DNA of 64,000 nucleotides, taken from the NCBI RefSeq assembly GCF_009914755.1, contig NC_060937.1. The stretch is one strand, 5' to 3'. The notes below the pieces were generated by a model that had not been told where the DNA came from, made no database searches, and saw nothing but the letters and a program-made list of their open reading frames with translations. This stretch comes from the human T2T-CHM13v2.0 reference genome, Homo sapiens. The stretch's first letter is position 1; each line of letters opens with the position of its first letter. Below are positions 30,901-46,400 of this stretch, in pieces. Position numbers and translations under genes: made by a program.

Positions 30901-33900
30901 ATGTATTATATACTGTACATAAAATATGAAAGTACATCAAATATATATTTTATTCTGTACATAAAATATCAAAGTACACCAAATATATATTCTATAGTGT
31001 ACATAAAATATCAAAGTACCCAAACTATACATTATATACTGTACATAAAATATGAAATTACATCAAATATATATTATAATAGGTACATAAAATATGAAAG
31101 TACATCAAATATAAATTATATACTGTACATAAAATACCAAAGAACCCCAAATATGTATTATATACTGTACATGAAATATCAAAGTTCACAAACTATATAT
31201 TATATACTGTACATAAAATATCAAATTACCCAAGGTATATATTCTATACTGTACAAAAAATATCAAAGTACCCAAAGCATGTATTATATACTGTACATAA
31301 AATATGAAAGTACATCAAATATATATTTTATTCTGTACATAAAATATCAAAGTACACCAAATATATATTCTATAGTGTACATAAAATATCAAAGTACCCA
31401 AACTATACATTATATACTGTACATAAAACATGAAATTACATCCAATATTTATTATATTAGGTCCATAAAATATGAAAGTACATCAAATATAAATTATATA
31501 CTGTACATAAAATACCAAAGTACCCCAAATATATATTATATACTGTACATGAAATATCAAAGTTCACAAACTATATATTATATACTGTACATAAAATATC
31601 AAAGTACCCAAGGTATATATTCTATACTGTACAAAAAATATCAAAGTACCCAAAGCATGTATTATGTACTGTACATAAAATATGAAAGTACATCAAATAT
31701 ATATTTTATTCTGTACATAAAATATCAAAGTACACTAAATATATATTCTATAGTGCACATAAAATATCAAAGTACCCAAACTATACATTATATACTGTAC
31801 ATAAAATATGAAATTACATCAAATATATATTATATTAGGTACATAAAATATGAAAGTACATCAAATATAGATTATATACTGTACATAAAATACCAAAGAA
31901 CCCCAAATACATATTATATACTGTACATGAAATATCAAAGTTCACAAACTATATATTATATACTGTACATAAAATATCAAAGTACCCAAGGTATATATTC
32001 TATACTGTACAAAAAATATCAAAGTACCCAAAGCAAGTATTATATACTGTACATAAAATATGAAAGTACATCAAATATATATTTTATTCTGTACATAAAA
32101 TATCAAAGTACACCAAATATATATTCTATACTGTACAAAAAATATCAAAGTACCCAAAGCAAGTATTATATACTGTACATAAAATATGAAATTACATCAA
32201 ATATATATTATATTATGTACATAAAATATGAAAGTACATCAAATATAAATTATATACTGTACATAAAATACCAAAGTACCCCAAATATATATTATAAACT
32301 GTACATGCAATATCAAAGTTCACAAACTATATATCATATACTGTACATAAAATATCAAAGTACCGAAGGTATATATTCTATACTGTCCAAAAAATATCAA
32401 AGTACCCAAAGCATGTATTATATACTGTACATAAAATATGAAAGTACATCAAATATATATTTTATTCTGTACATAAAATATCAAAGTACACCAAATATAT
32501 ATTCTATAGTGTACATAAAATATCAAAGTACCCAAACTATACATTATATACTGTACATAAAATATGAAATTACATCAAATATATATTATAATAGGTACAC
32601 AAAATATGAAAGTACATCAAATATAAATTATATACTGTACATAAAATACCAAAGAACCCCAAATATATATTATATACTGTACATGAAATATCAAAGTTCA
32701 GAAACTATATATTATATACTGTACATAAAATATCAAAGTACCGAAAGTATATATTCTATACTATACAAAAAATATCAAAGTACCCAAACCATGTATTATA
32801 TACTGTTCATAAAATATGAAAGTACATCAAATATATATTTTATTCTGTACATAAAATATCAAAGTACACTAAATATATATTCTATAGTGTACATAAAATA
32901 TCAAAGTACCCAAACTATACATTATATACTGTACATAAAATATGAAATTACATCAAATATATATTATATTAGGTACATAAAATATGAAAGTACATCAAAT
33001 ATATATTATATACTGTACATAACATACCAAAGTACCCCAAATACATATTATATACTGTACATGAAATATCAAAGTTCACAAACTATATATTACTTACTGT
33101 ACATAAAATATCAAAGTACCGAAGGTATATATTCTATACTGTACAAAACATATCAAAGTACCCAAAGCATGTATTATATACTGGACATAAAATATGAAAG
33201 CACATCAAATATATATTTTATTCTGTACATAAAATATCAAAGTACACCAAATATATATTCTATAGTGTACATAAAATATCAAAGTACCCAAACTATACAT
33301 TATATACTGTAGATAAAACATGAAATTACATCCAATATATATTATATTAGGTACATAAAATATGAAAGTACATCAAATATAAATTATATACTGTACATAA
33401 ATTCCAAAGTACCCCAAATATATATTATATACTGTACATGAAATATCAAAGTTCACAAACTATATATTATATACTATACATAAAATATCAAAGTACCCAC
33501 GGTATATATTCTACACTGTACAAAAAATATCAAAGTACCCAAAGCATGTATTATATACTGTACATAAAATATGAAAGTACATCAAATATATATTTTATAC
33601 TGTACATAAAATATCAAAGTACACTAAATATATATTCTATAGTGTACATAAAATATCAAAGTACCCAAACTATACATTATATACTGTACAGAAAATATGA
33701 AATTACATCAAATATATATTATATTAGGTATATAAAATATGAAAGTACATCAAATATAGATTATATACTGTACATAAAATACCAAAGTACCCCAAATACA
33801 TATTATATACTGTACATGAAATATCAAAGTTCACAAACTATATATTATATACTGTACATAAAATATCAAAGTACCCATGGTATATATTCTATACTGTACA

Positions 33901-36900
33901 AAAAATATCAAAGTACCCAAAGCAAGTAGTATATACTGTACATAAAATATGAAAGTACATCAAATATATATTTCATTCTGTACATAAAATATCAAAGTAC
34001 ACCAAATATATATTCCATAGTGTACATAAAATATCAAAGTACCCAAACTATACATTATATACTGTACATAAAATATGAAATTACATCAAATATATATTAT
34101 ATTACATACATAAAATATGAAAGTACATCAAATATAAATTATATACTGTACATAAAATACCAAAGTACACCAAATATATATTATATACTGTACATGAAAT
34201 ATCAAAGTTCACAAACTATATATTATATACTGTACATAAAATATCAAAGTACCCAAGGTATATATTCTATACTGTACAAAAAATATCAAAGTACGCAAAG
34301 CATGTATTATATACTGTTAATAAAATATGAAAGTACATCAAATATATATTTTATTCTGTACATAAAATATCAAAGTACCCAAACAATACATTATATACTG
34401 TACATAAAATATGAAATTACATCAAATATATATTATAATAGGTACACAAAATATGAAAGTACATCAAATATAAATTATATACTGTACATAAAATACCAAA
34501 GAACCCCAAATATATTATATACTGTACATGAAATATCAAAGTTCAGAAACTATATATTATATACTGTTCATAAAATATCAAAGTACCGAAAGTATATATT
34601 CTATACTATACAAAAAATATCAAAGTACCCAAAGCATGTATTATATACTGTTCATAAAATATGAAAGTACATCAAATATATATTTTATTCTGTACATAAA
34701 ATATCAAAGTACACTAAATATATATTCTATAGTGTACATAAAATATCAAAGTACCCAAACTATACATTATATACTGTACATAAAATATGAAATTACATCA
34801 AATATATATTATATTAGGTACATAAAATATGAAAGTACATCAAATATATATTATATACTGTACATAACATACCAAAGTACCCCAAATACATATTATATAC
34901 TGTACATGAAATATCAAAATTCACAAACTATATATTACTTACTGTACATAAAATATCAAAGTACCGAAGGTATATATTCTATACTGTACAAAACATATCA
35001 AAGTACCCAAAGCATGTATTATATAGTGTACATAAAATATGAAAGCACATCAAATATATATTTTATTCTGTACATAAAATATCAAAGTACACCAAATATA
35101 TATTCTATAGTGTACATAAAATATCAAAGTACCCAAACTATACATTATATACTGTACATAAAACATGAAATTACATCCAATATATATTATATTAGGTACA
35201 TAAAATATGAAAGTACATCAAATATAAATTATATACTGTACATAAAATACCAAAGTACCCCAAATATATATTATATACTGTACATGAAATATCAAAGTTC
35301 ACAAACTATATATTATATACTGTACATAAAATATCAAAGTACCCAAGGTATATATTCTACACTGTACAAAAAATATCAAAGTACCCAAAGCATGTATTAT
35401 ATACTGTACATAAAATATGAAAGTACATCAAATATATATTTTATACTGTACATAAAATATCAAAGCACACTAAATATATATTCTATAGTGTACATAAAAT
35501 ATCAAAGTACCCAAACTATACATTATATACTGTACATAAAATATGAAATTACATCAAATATATATTATATTAGGTACATAAAATATGAAAGTACATCAAA
35601 TATAGATTATATACTGTACATAAAATACCAAAGTACCCCAAATACATATAATATACTGTACATGAAATATCAAAGTTCACAAACTATATATTATATACTG
35701 TACATAAAATATCAAAGTACCCAAGGTATATATTCTATACTGTACAAAAAATATCAAAGTACCCAAAGCATGTATTATATACTGTACACAAAATATGAAA
35801 GTACATCAAATATATATTTTATTCTGTACATAAAATATCAAAGTACACCAAATATATATTCTATAGTGTACATAAAATGTCAAAGTACCCAAACTATACA
35901 TTATATACTGTACATAAAATATGAAATTACATCAAATATATATTATATTAGGTACATAAAATATGAAAGTACATCAAATATAAATTATATACTGTACATA
36001 AAATACCAAAGTACCCCAAATATATATTATATACTGTACATGGAATATCAAAGTTCACAAACTATATATTATATACTGTACATAAAATATCAAAGTACCC
36101 AAGGTATATATTCTATACTCTACAAAAAATATCAAAGTACCCAAAGCATGTATTATATACGGTACTTAAAATATGAAAGTACATCAAATATATATTTTAT
36201 TCTGTACATAAAATATCAAAGTACCCTAAGTATATATTCTATAGTGTACATAAAATATCAAAGTACCCAAACTATACATTATATACTGTACATAAAATAT
36301 GAAATTACATCAAATATATATTATATTAGGTACATAAAATATGAAAGTACATCAAAGATAGATTATATACTGTACATAAAATACCAAATTCCCCCAAATA
36401 CATATTATATACTGTACATGAAATATCAAAGTTCACAAACTATATATTATATACTGTACATAAAATATCAAAGTACCCAAGGTATATATTCTATACTGTA
36501 CAAAAAATATCAAAGTACCCAAAGCAAGTATTATATACTGTACATAAAATATGAAAGTACATCAAATATATATTTTATTCTGTACATAAAATATCAAAGT
36601 ACACCAAATATATATTCTATAGTGTACATAAAATATCAAAGTACCCAAACTATACATTATAAACTGTACATAAAATATGAAATTACATCAAATATATACT
36701 ATATTATGTACATAAAATATGAAAGTACATCAAATATAGATTATATACTGTATGTAAAATACCAAAGTACCCAAAATAAATATTTTATACTGTACATGCA
36801 GTATCAAAGTTCACAAACTATATATTATATACTGTACATAAAATATCAAAGTACCGAAGGTATATATTCTATACTGTACAAAAAATATCAAAGTATCCCA

Positions 36901-39900
36901 AGCATGTATTATATACTGTACATAAAATATGAAAGTACATCAAATATATATTTTCTTCTGTACATAAAATATCAAAGTACACCAAATATATATTCTATAG
37001 TGTACATAAAATATAAATGTACAAAAACTATACATTATATACTGTACATAAAATATGAAATTACATCAACTATATATTATATTAGGTACCTAAAATATGA
37101 AAGTACATCAAATATAGATTATATACTGTACATAAAATACCAAAGAACCCCAAATATGTATTATATACTGTACATGAAATATCAAAGTTCACAAACTATA
37201 TATTATATACTGTACATAAAATATCAAAGTACCCAAGGTATATATTCTATACTGTACAAAAAATATCAAAGTACCCAAAGCATGTATTATATACTGTACA
37301 TAAAATATGAAAGTACATCAAATATATATTTTATTCTGTACATAAAATATCAAAGTACACCAAATATATATTCTATAGTGTACATAAAATATCAAAGTAC
37401 CCAAACTATACATTATATACTGTACATAAAACATGAAATTACATCCAATATTTATTATATTAGGTCCATAAAATATGAAAGTACATCAAATATAAATTAT
37501 ATACTTTACATAAAATACCAAAGTACCCCAAATATATATTATATACTGTACATGAAATATCAAAGTTCACAAACTATATATTATATACTGTACATAAAAT
37601 ATCAAAGTACCCAAGGTATATATTCTATACTGTACAAAAAATATCAAAGTACCCAAAGCATGTATTATGTACTGTACATAAAATATGAAAGTACATCAAA
37701 TATATATTTTATTCTGTACATAAAATATCAAAGTACACTAAATATATATTCTATAGTGCACATAAAATATCAAAGTACCCAAACTATACATTATATACTG
37801 TACATAAAATATGAAATTACATCAAATATATATTATATTAGGTACATAAAATATGAAAGTACATCAAATATAGATTATATACTGTACATAAAATACCAAA
37901 GTACCCCAAATACATATTATATACTGTACATGAAATATCAAAGTTCACAAACTATATATTATATACTGTACATAAAATATCAAAGTACCCAAGGTATATA
38001 TTCTATACTGTACAAAAAATATCAAAGTACCCAAAGAAAGTATTATATACTGTACATAAAATATGAAAGTACATCAAATATATATTTTATTCTGTACATA
38101 AAATATCAAAGTACACCAAATATATATTCTATACTGTACATAAAATATCAAAGTACCCAAACTATACATTATATACTGTACATAAAATATGAAATTACAT
38201 CAAATATATATTATATTATGTACATAAAATATGAAAGTACATCAAATATAAATTATATACTGTACATAAAATACCAAAGTACCCCAAATATATATTATAA
38301 ACTGTACATGCAATATCAAAGTTCACAAACTATATATCATATACTGTACATAAAATATCAAAGTACCGAAGGTATATATTCTATACTGTCCAAAAAATAT
38401 CAAAGTACCCAAAGCATGTATTATATACTGTACATAAAATATGAAAGTACATCAAATATATATTTTATTCTGTACATAAAATATCAAAGTACACCAAATA
38501 TATATTCTATAGTGTACATAAAATATCAAAGTACCCAAACAATACATTATATACTGTACATAAAACATGAAATTACATCCAATATATATTATATTAGGTA
38601 CATAAAATATGAAAGTACATCAAATATAAATTATATACTGTACATAAATTCCAAAGTACCCCAAATATATATTATATACTGTACATGAAATATCAAAGTT
38701 CACAAACTATATATTATATACTATACATAAAATATCAAAGTACCCAAGGTATATATTCTACACTGTACAAAAAATATCAAAGTACCCAAAGCATGTATTA
38801 TATACTGTACATAAAATATGAAAGTACATCAAATATATATTTTATACTGTACATAAAATATCAAAGCACACTAAATATATATTCTATAGTGTACATAAAA
38901 TATCAAAGTACCCAAACTATACATTATATACTGTACATAAAATATGAAATTACATCAAATATATATTATATTAGGTACATAAAATATGAAAGTACATCAA
39001 ATATAGATTATATACTGTACATAAAATACCAAAGTACCCCAAATACATATAATATACTGTACATGAAATATCAAAGTTCACAAACTATATATTATATACT
39101 GTACATAAAATATCAAAGTACCCAAGGTATATATTCTATACTGTACAAAAAATATCAAAGTACCCAAAGCAAGTATTATATACTGTACATCAAATATGAA
39201 AGTACATCAAATATATATTTTATTCTGTACATAAAATATCAAAGTACACCAAATATATATTCTATAGTGTACATAAAATATCAAAGTACCCAAACTATAC
39301 ATTATATACTGTACATAAAACATGAAATTACATCAAATATATATTATATTAGGTACATAAAATATGAAAGTACATCAAATATAGATTATATACTGTACAT
39401 AAAATACCAAAGTACACCAAATATATATTTTATACTGTACATGCAATATCAAAGTTCACAAACTATATATTATATACTGTACATAAAATATCAAAGTACC
39501 CAAGGTATATATTCTATACTGTACAAAAAATATCAAAGTACCCAAAGCATGTATTATATACTGTACATAAAATATGAAAGTACATCAAATATATATTTTA
39601 TTCTGTACATAAAATATCAAAGTACACTAAATATATATTCTATAGTGTACATAAAATATCAAAGTACCCAAACTATACATTATATACTGTACATAAAATA
39701 TGAAATTACATCCAATATATATTATATTAGGTACATAAAATATGAAAGTACATCAAATATAGATTATATACTGTACATAAAATACCAAAGTTCCCCAAAT
39801 ACATATTATATACTGTACATGAAATATCAAAGTTCACAAACTATATATTATATACTGTACATAAAATATCAAAGTACCCAAGTTATATATTCTATACTGT

Positions 39901-40196
39901 ACAAAAAATATCAAAGTACCCAAAGCAAGTATTATATACTGTACATAAAATATGAAAGTACATCAAATATATATTTTATTCTGTACATAAAATATCAAAG
40001 TACACCAAATATATATTCTATAGTGTACATAAAATATCAAAGTACCCAAACTATACATTATATACTTTACATAAAATATGAAATTACATCAAATATATAT
40101 TATATTAGGTACATAAAATATGAAAGTACATCAAATATAAATTATATACTGTACATAAAATACCAAAGTAACCCAAATATATATTATAAACTGTAC

Positions 40197-40448
40197 ATGC
40201 AATATCAAAGTTCACAAACTATATATCATATACTGTACATAAAATATCAAAGTACCGAAGTTATATATTCTATACTGTACAAAAAATATCAAAGTACCCA
40301 AAGCATGTATTATATACTGTACATAAAATATGAAATTACATCAAATATATATTATATTATGCACATAAAATATGAAAGTACATCAAATATATATTATATA
40401 CTGTACATAAAATACCAAAGTACCCCAAATACATATTATATACCGTAC
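40197..40448 (+). repeat. Truncated 6-mer HOR (252 bp), M4-M6 missing
   Basis: M3 (aagcatgtat) is followed directly by M7 (gaaattacatc). M1 landmarks are 252 bp apart. Confidence 0.85.
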
Positions 40449-43400
40449 ATGAAATATCAAAGTTCACAAACTATATATTATATACTGTACATAAAATATC
40501 AAAGTACCGAAGGTATATATTCTATACTGTACAAAAAATATCAAAGTACCCAAAGCATGTATTATATACTGTACATAAAATATGAAAGTACATCAAATAT
40601 ATATTTTATTCTGTACATAAAATATCAAAGTACACCAAATATATATTCTATAGTGTACATAAAATATCAAACTACCCAAACTATACATTATATACTGTAC
40701 ATAAAACATGAAATTACATCCAATATATATTATATTAGGTACATAAAATATGAAAGTACATCAAATATAAATTATATACTGTACATAAAATACCAAAGTA
40801 CCCCAAATATATATTATATACTGTACATGAAATATCAAAGTTCACAAACTATATATTATATACTGTACATAAAAAATCAAAGTAACCAAGGTATATATTC
40901 TATACTGTACAAAAAATATCAAAGTACCCAAAGCATGTATTATATACTGTACATAAAATATGAAAGTACATCAAATATATATTTTATTCTGTACATAAAA
41001 TATCAAAGTACACTAAATATATATTCTATAGTGTACATAAAATATCAAAGTACCCAAACTATACATTATATACTGTACATAAAATATGAAATTACATCAA
41101 ATATATATTATATTAGGTACATAAAATATGAAAGTACATCAAATATAGATTATATACTGTACATAAAATACCAAAGTAACCCAAATACATATTATATACT
41201 GTACATGAAATATCAAAGTTCACAAACTATATATTATATACTGTACATAAAATATAAAAGTACCCAAAGTATATATTCTATACTGTACAAAAAATATCAA
41301 AGTACCCAAAGCAAGTATTATATACTGTACATAAAATATGAAAGTACATCAAGTATATATTTTATTCTGTACATAAAATATCAAAGTACACCAAATATAT
41401 ATTCTATAGTGTACATAAAATATCAAAGTAGCCAAACTATACATTTTAAACTGTACATAAAATATAAAATTACATCAAATACACACTATATTATGTACAT
41501 AAAATATGAAAGTACATCAAATATAGATTATATACTGTACATAAAATACCAAAGTACACCAAATATATATTATATACTGTACATGAAATATCAAAGTTCA
41601 CAAACTATATATTATATACTGTACATAAAATATCAAACTACCCAAGGTATATATTCTATACTGTACAAAAAATATCAAAGTACCCAAAGCATGTATTATA
41701 TAGTGTATATAAAATATGAAAGTACTTCAAATATATATTTAATTCTGTACATAAAATATCAAAGTAAACCAAATATATATTCTATAGTGTACATAAAATA
41801 TCAAAGTACCCAAACTATACATTATATACTGTACAGAAAATATGAAATTACATCAAATATATATTATATTATGTACATAAAATATGAAAGTACATCAAAT
41901 ATAGATTATATACTGTACATAAAATACCAAAGAACCCCAAATATATATTATATACTCTACATGAAATATCAAAGTTCACAAACTATATATTATATACTGT
42001 ACATAAAATATCAAAGTACCCAAGGTATATATTCTATACTGTAGAAAAAATATCAAAGTACCCAAAGCATGTATTATATACTGTACATAAAATATGAAAG
42101 TACATCAAATATATATTTTATTCTGTACATAAAATATCAAAGTACACCAAATATATATTCTATAGTGTACATTAAATATCAAACTACCCAAACTATACAT
42201 TATATACTGTACATAAAATATGAAATTACATCAAATATATATTATATTAGGTACATAAAATATGAAAGTACATCAAAGATATATTATATACTGTACATAA
42301 AATACCAAAGTACCCCAAATACATATTATATACTGTACATGAAATATCAAAGTTCACAAACTATATATTATATATTGTACATAAAATATCAAAGTACCCA
42401 AGGTATATATTCTATACTGTTACAAAAAATATCAAAGTACCCAAAGCATGTATTATATACTGTACATAAAATATGAAAGTACATGAAATATATATTTTAT
42501 TCGGTACATAAAATATGAAAGTACACCAAATATATATTCTACAGTGTACATAAAATATCAAAGTACCCAAACTATACATTATATACTGTACATAAAATAT
42601 GAAATTACATCAAATATATATTATATTAGGTACATAAAATATGAAAGTACATCAAATATAGATTATATACAGTACATAAATTACCAAAGTACCCCAAATA
42701 TATATTATATACTTTACATGCAATATCAAAGTTCACAAACTATATATCTTATACTGTACATAAAATATCAAAGGACCAAAGGTATATATTCTATACTGTA
42801 CAAAAAATATCAAAGTACGCAAAGCATGTATTATATACTGTACATAAAATATGAAAGTACATCAAATATATATTTTATTCTGTACATAAAATATCAAAGT
42901 ACACCAAATATATATTCTACAGTGTACATAAAATATCAAAGTACCCAAACTATACATTATATACTGTACATAAAATATGAAATTACATCAAATATATATT
43001 ATGTTAGGAACATAAAATATGAAAGTACATGAAATATATATTATATACTGTACATAAAATACCAAAGTACCCCAAATACATATTATATACTGTACATGGA
43101 ATATCAAAGTTCACAAACTATATATTATATACTGTACATAAAAAATCAAAGTACCAAACGTATATATTCTATACTGTACAACAAATATCAAAGTACCCAA
43201 AGCATGTATTATAAACTGTACATAAAATATGAAAGTACATCAAATATATATTTTATTCTGTACATAAAATATCAAAGTACACCAAATATATATTCTACAG
43301 TGTACATAAAATATCAAAGTACCCAAACTATACATTATATACTGTACATAAAATATGAAATTACATCAAATATATATTATATTAGGAACATAAAATATGA

Positions 43401-46400
43401 AAGTACATGAAATATATATTATATACTGTACATAAAATACCAAAGTACCCCAAATACATATTATATACTGTACATGAAATATCAAAGTTCACAAACTATA
43501 TATTATATACTGTACATAAAAAATCAAAGTACCAAAGGTATATATTCTATACTGTACAACAAATATCAAAGTACCCAAAGCATGTATTATATACTGTACA
43601 TAAAATATGAAAGTACATCAAATATATATTTTATTCTGTACATAAAATATCAAAGTACACCAAATATATATTCTATAGTGTACATAAAATAGCAAAGTAC
43701 CCAAACTATACATTATATACTGTACATAAAACATGAAATTACATCAAATATATATTATATTAGGTACATAAAATATGAAAGTACATCAAATATAAATTAT
43801 ATACTGTACATAAAATACCAAAGAACCCCAAATATATATTATATACTGTACATGAAATATCAAAGTTCACAAACTATATATTATATACTGTACATAAAAT
43901 ATCAAAGTACCCAAGGTACATATTCTATACTGTACAAAAAATATCAAAGTACCCAAAGCAAGTATTATATACGGTACATAAAATATGAAAGTACATCAAA
44001 TATATATTTTATTCTGTACATAAAATATCAAAGTACACCAAATATATATTCTATAGTGTACATAAAATATCAAAGTACCCAAACTATACATTATATACTG
44101 TACATAAAATATGAAATTACATCAAATATATATTATATTAGGTACATAAAATATTAAAGTACATCAAATATAAATTATATACTGTACATAAAATACCAAA
44201 GAACCCCCAATATATATTATATACTGTACATGCAATATCAAAGTTCACAAACTATATATCATATACTGTACATAAAATATCAAAGTACCGAAAGTATATA
44301 TTCTATACTGTACAAAAAATATCAAAGTACCCAAAGCATGTATTATATCCTGTACATAAAATATGAAAGTACATCAAATATATATTTTATTCTGTACATA
44401 AAATATCAAAGTACACCAAATATATATTCTATAGTGTACATAAAATATCAAAGTACCCAAACAATACATTATATACTGTACATAAATTATGAAATTACAT
44501 CAAATATATATTATATTAGGTACATAAAATATGAAAGTACATCAAATATAAATTATATACTGTACATAAAATACCAAAGTACCCCAAATATATATTATAT
44601 ACTGTACATGCAATATCAAAGTTCACAAACTATATATCATATACTGTACATAAAATATCAAAGTACTGAAGGTATATATTCTATACTCTACAAAAAATAT
44701 CAAAGTACCCAAAGCATGTATTATATACTGTACATAAAATATGAAAGTACATCAAATATATATTTTATTCTGTACATAAAATATCAAAGTACACTAAATA
44801 TATATTCTATAGTGTACATAAAATATCAAAGTACCCAAACTATACATTATATACTGTACATAAAATATGAAATTACATCAAATATATATTATATTAGGTA
44901 CATAAAATATGAAAGTACATCAAATATAGATTATATACTGTACATAAAATACCAAAGTACCCCAAATACATATTATATACTGTACATGAAATATCAAAGT
45001 TCACAAACTATATATTATATACTGTACATAAAATATCAAAGTACCCAAGGTATATATTCTATACTGTACAAAAAATATCAAAGTACCCCAAGCAAGTATT
45101 ATATACTGTACATAAAATATGAAAGTACATCAAATATATATTTTATTCTGTACATAAAGTATCAAAGTACACCAAATATGTATCCTATAGTGTACATAAA
45201 ATATCAAAGTACCCAAACTATACATTATATACTGTGCATAAAATATGAAATTACATCAAATATATATTATATTAGGTACTTAAAATATGAAAGTCCATCA
45301 AATATAAATTATATACTGTACATAAAGTACCAAAGTACCCCAAATATATATTATATACTGTACATGCAATATCAAAGTTCACAAACTATATATCATATAC
45401 TGTACACAAAATATCAAAGTACCGAAGGTATATATTCTATAGTGTACAAAAAATATGAAAGTACGCAAAGCATGTATTATATACTGTACATAAAATATGA
45501 AAGTACATCAAATATATATTTTATTCTGTACATAAAATATCAAAGTACACCAAATATATATTCTATAGTGTACATAAAATATCAAAGTACCCAAATTATA
45601 CATTATATACAGTACATAAAATATGAAATTACATCAAATATATATTATAATAGGTACATAAAATATGAAAGCACATCAAATATAAATTATATACTGTACA
45701 TAAAATACCAAAGAACCCCAAATATATATTATATACTGTACATGAAATATCAAAGTTCACAAACTATATATTATATACTGTATATAAAATATCAAAGTAC
45801 CCAAGGTATATATTCTATACTGTACAAAAAATATCAAAGTACCCAAAGCATGTATTATATACTGTTCATAAAATATGAAAGTACATCAAATATATATTTT
45901 ATTCTGTACATAAAATATCAAAGTACACCAAATATATATTCTATAGTGTACATTAAATATCAAAGTACCCAAACTATACATTATATACTGTACATAAAAT
46001 ATGAAATTACATCAAATATATATTATATTAGGTACATAAAATATGAAAGTACATCAAATATAGATTATATACTGTACATAAAATACCAAAGTACCCCAAG
46101 TACATATTTTATACTGTACATGCAATATCAAAGTTCACAAACTATATATTATATACTGTACATAAAATATCAAAGTACCGAAGGTATATATTCTATACTG
46201 TACAAAAAATATCAAAGTACGCAAAGCATGTATTATATACTGTACATAAAATATGAAAGTACATCAAATACATATTTTATTCTGTACATAAAATATCAAA
46301 GTACACCAAATATATATTCTATATTGTACATAAAATATCAAAGTACCCAAACTATACATTATATACTGTACATAAAATATGAAATTATATCAAATATATA

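Larger units (their letters stand above)
9450..39320 (+). repeat. 11,876-bp super-repeat (32 HORs), ~2.5 tandem copies
   Basis: ORF starts recur at an exact 11,876 spacing: 9686/21562/33438, 10268/22144/34020, 10776/22652/34528, 14933/26809/38685, 16271/28147, 18323/30199. Translations are almost identical. The period breaks between 39,190 and 39,321. Confidence 0.95.
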
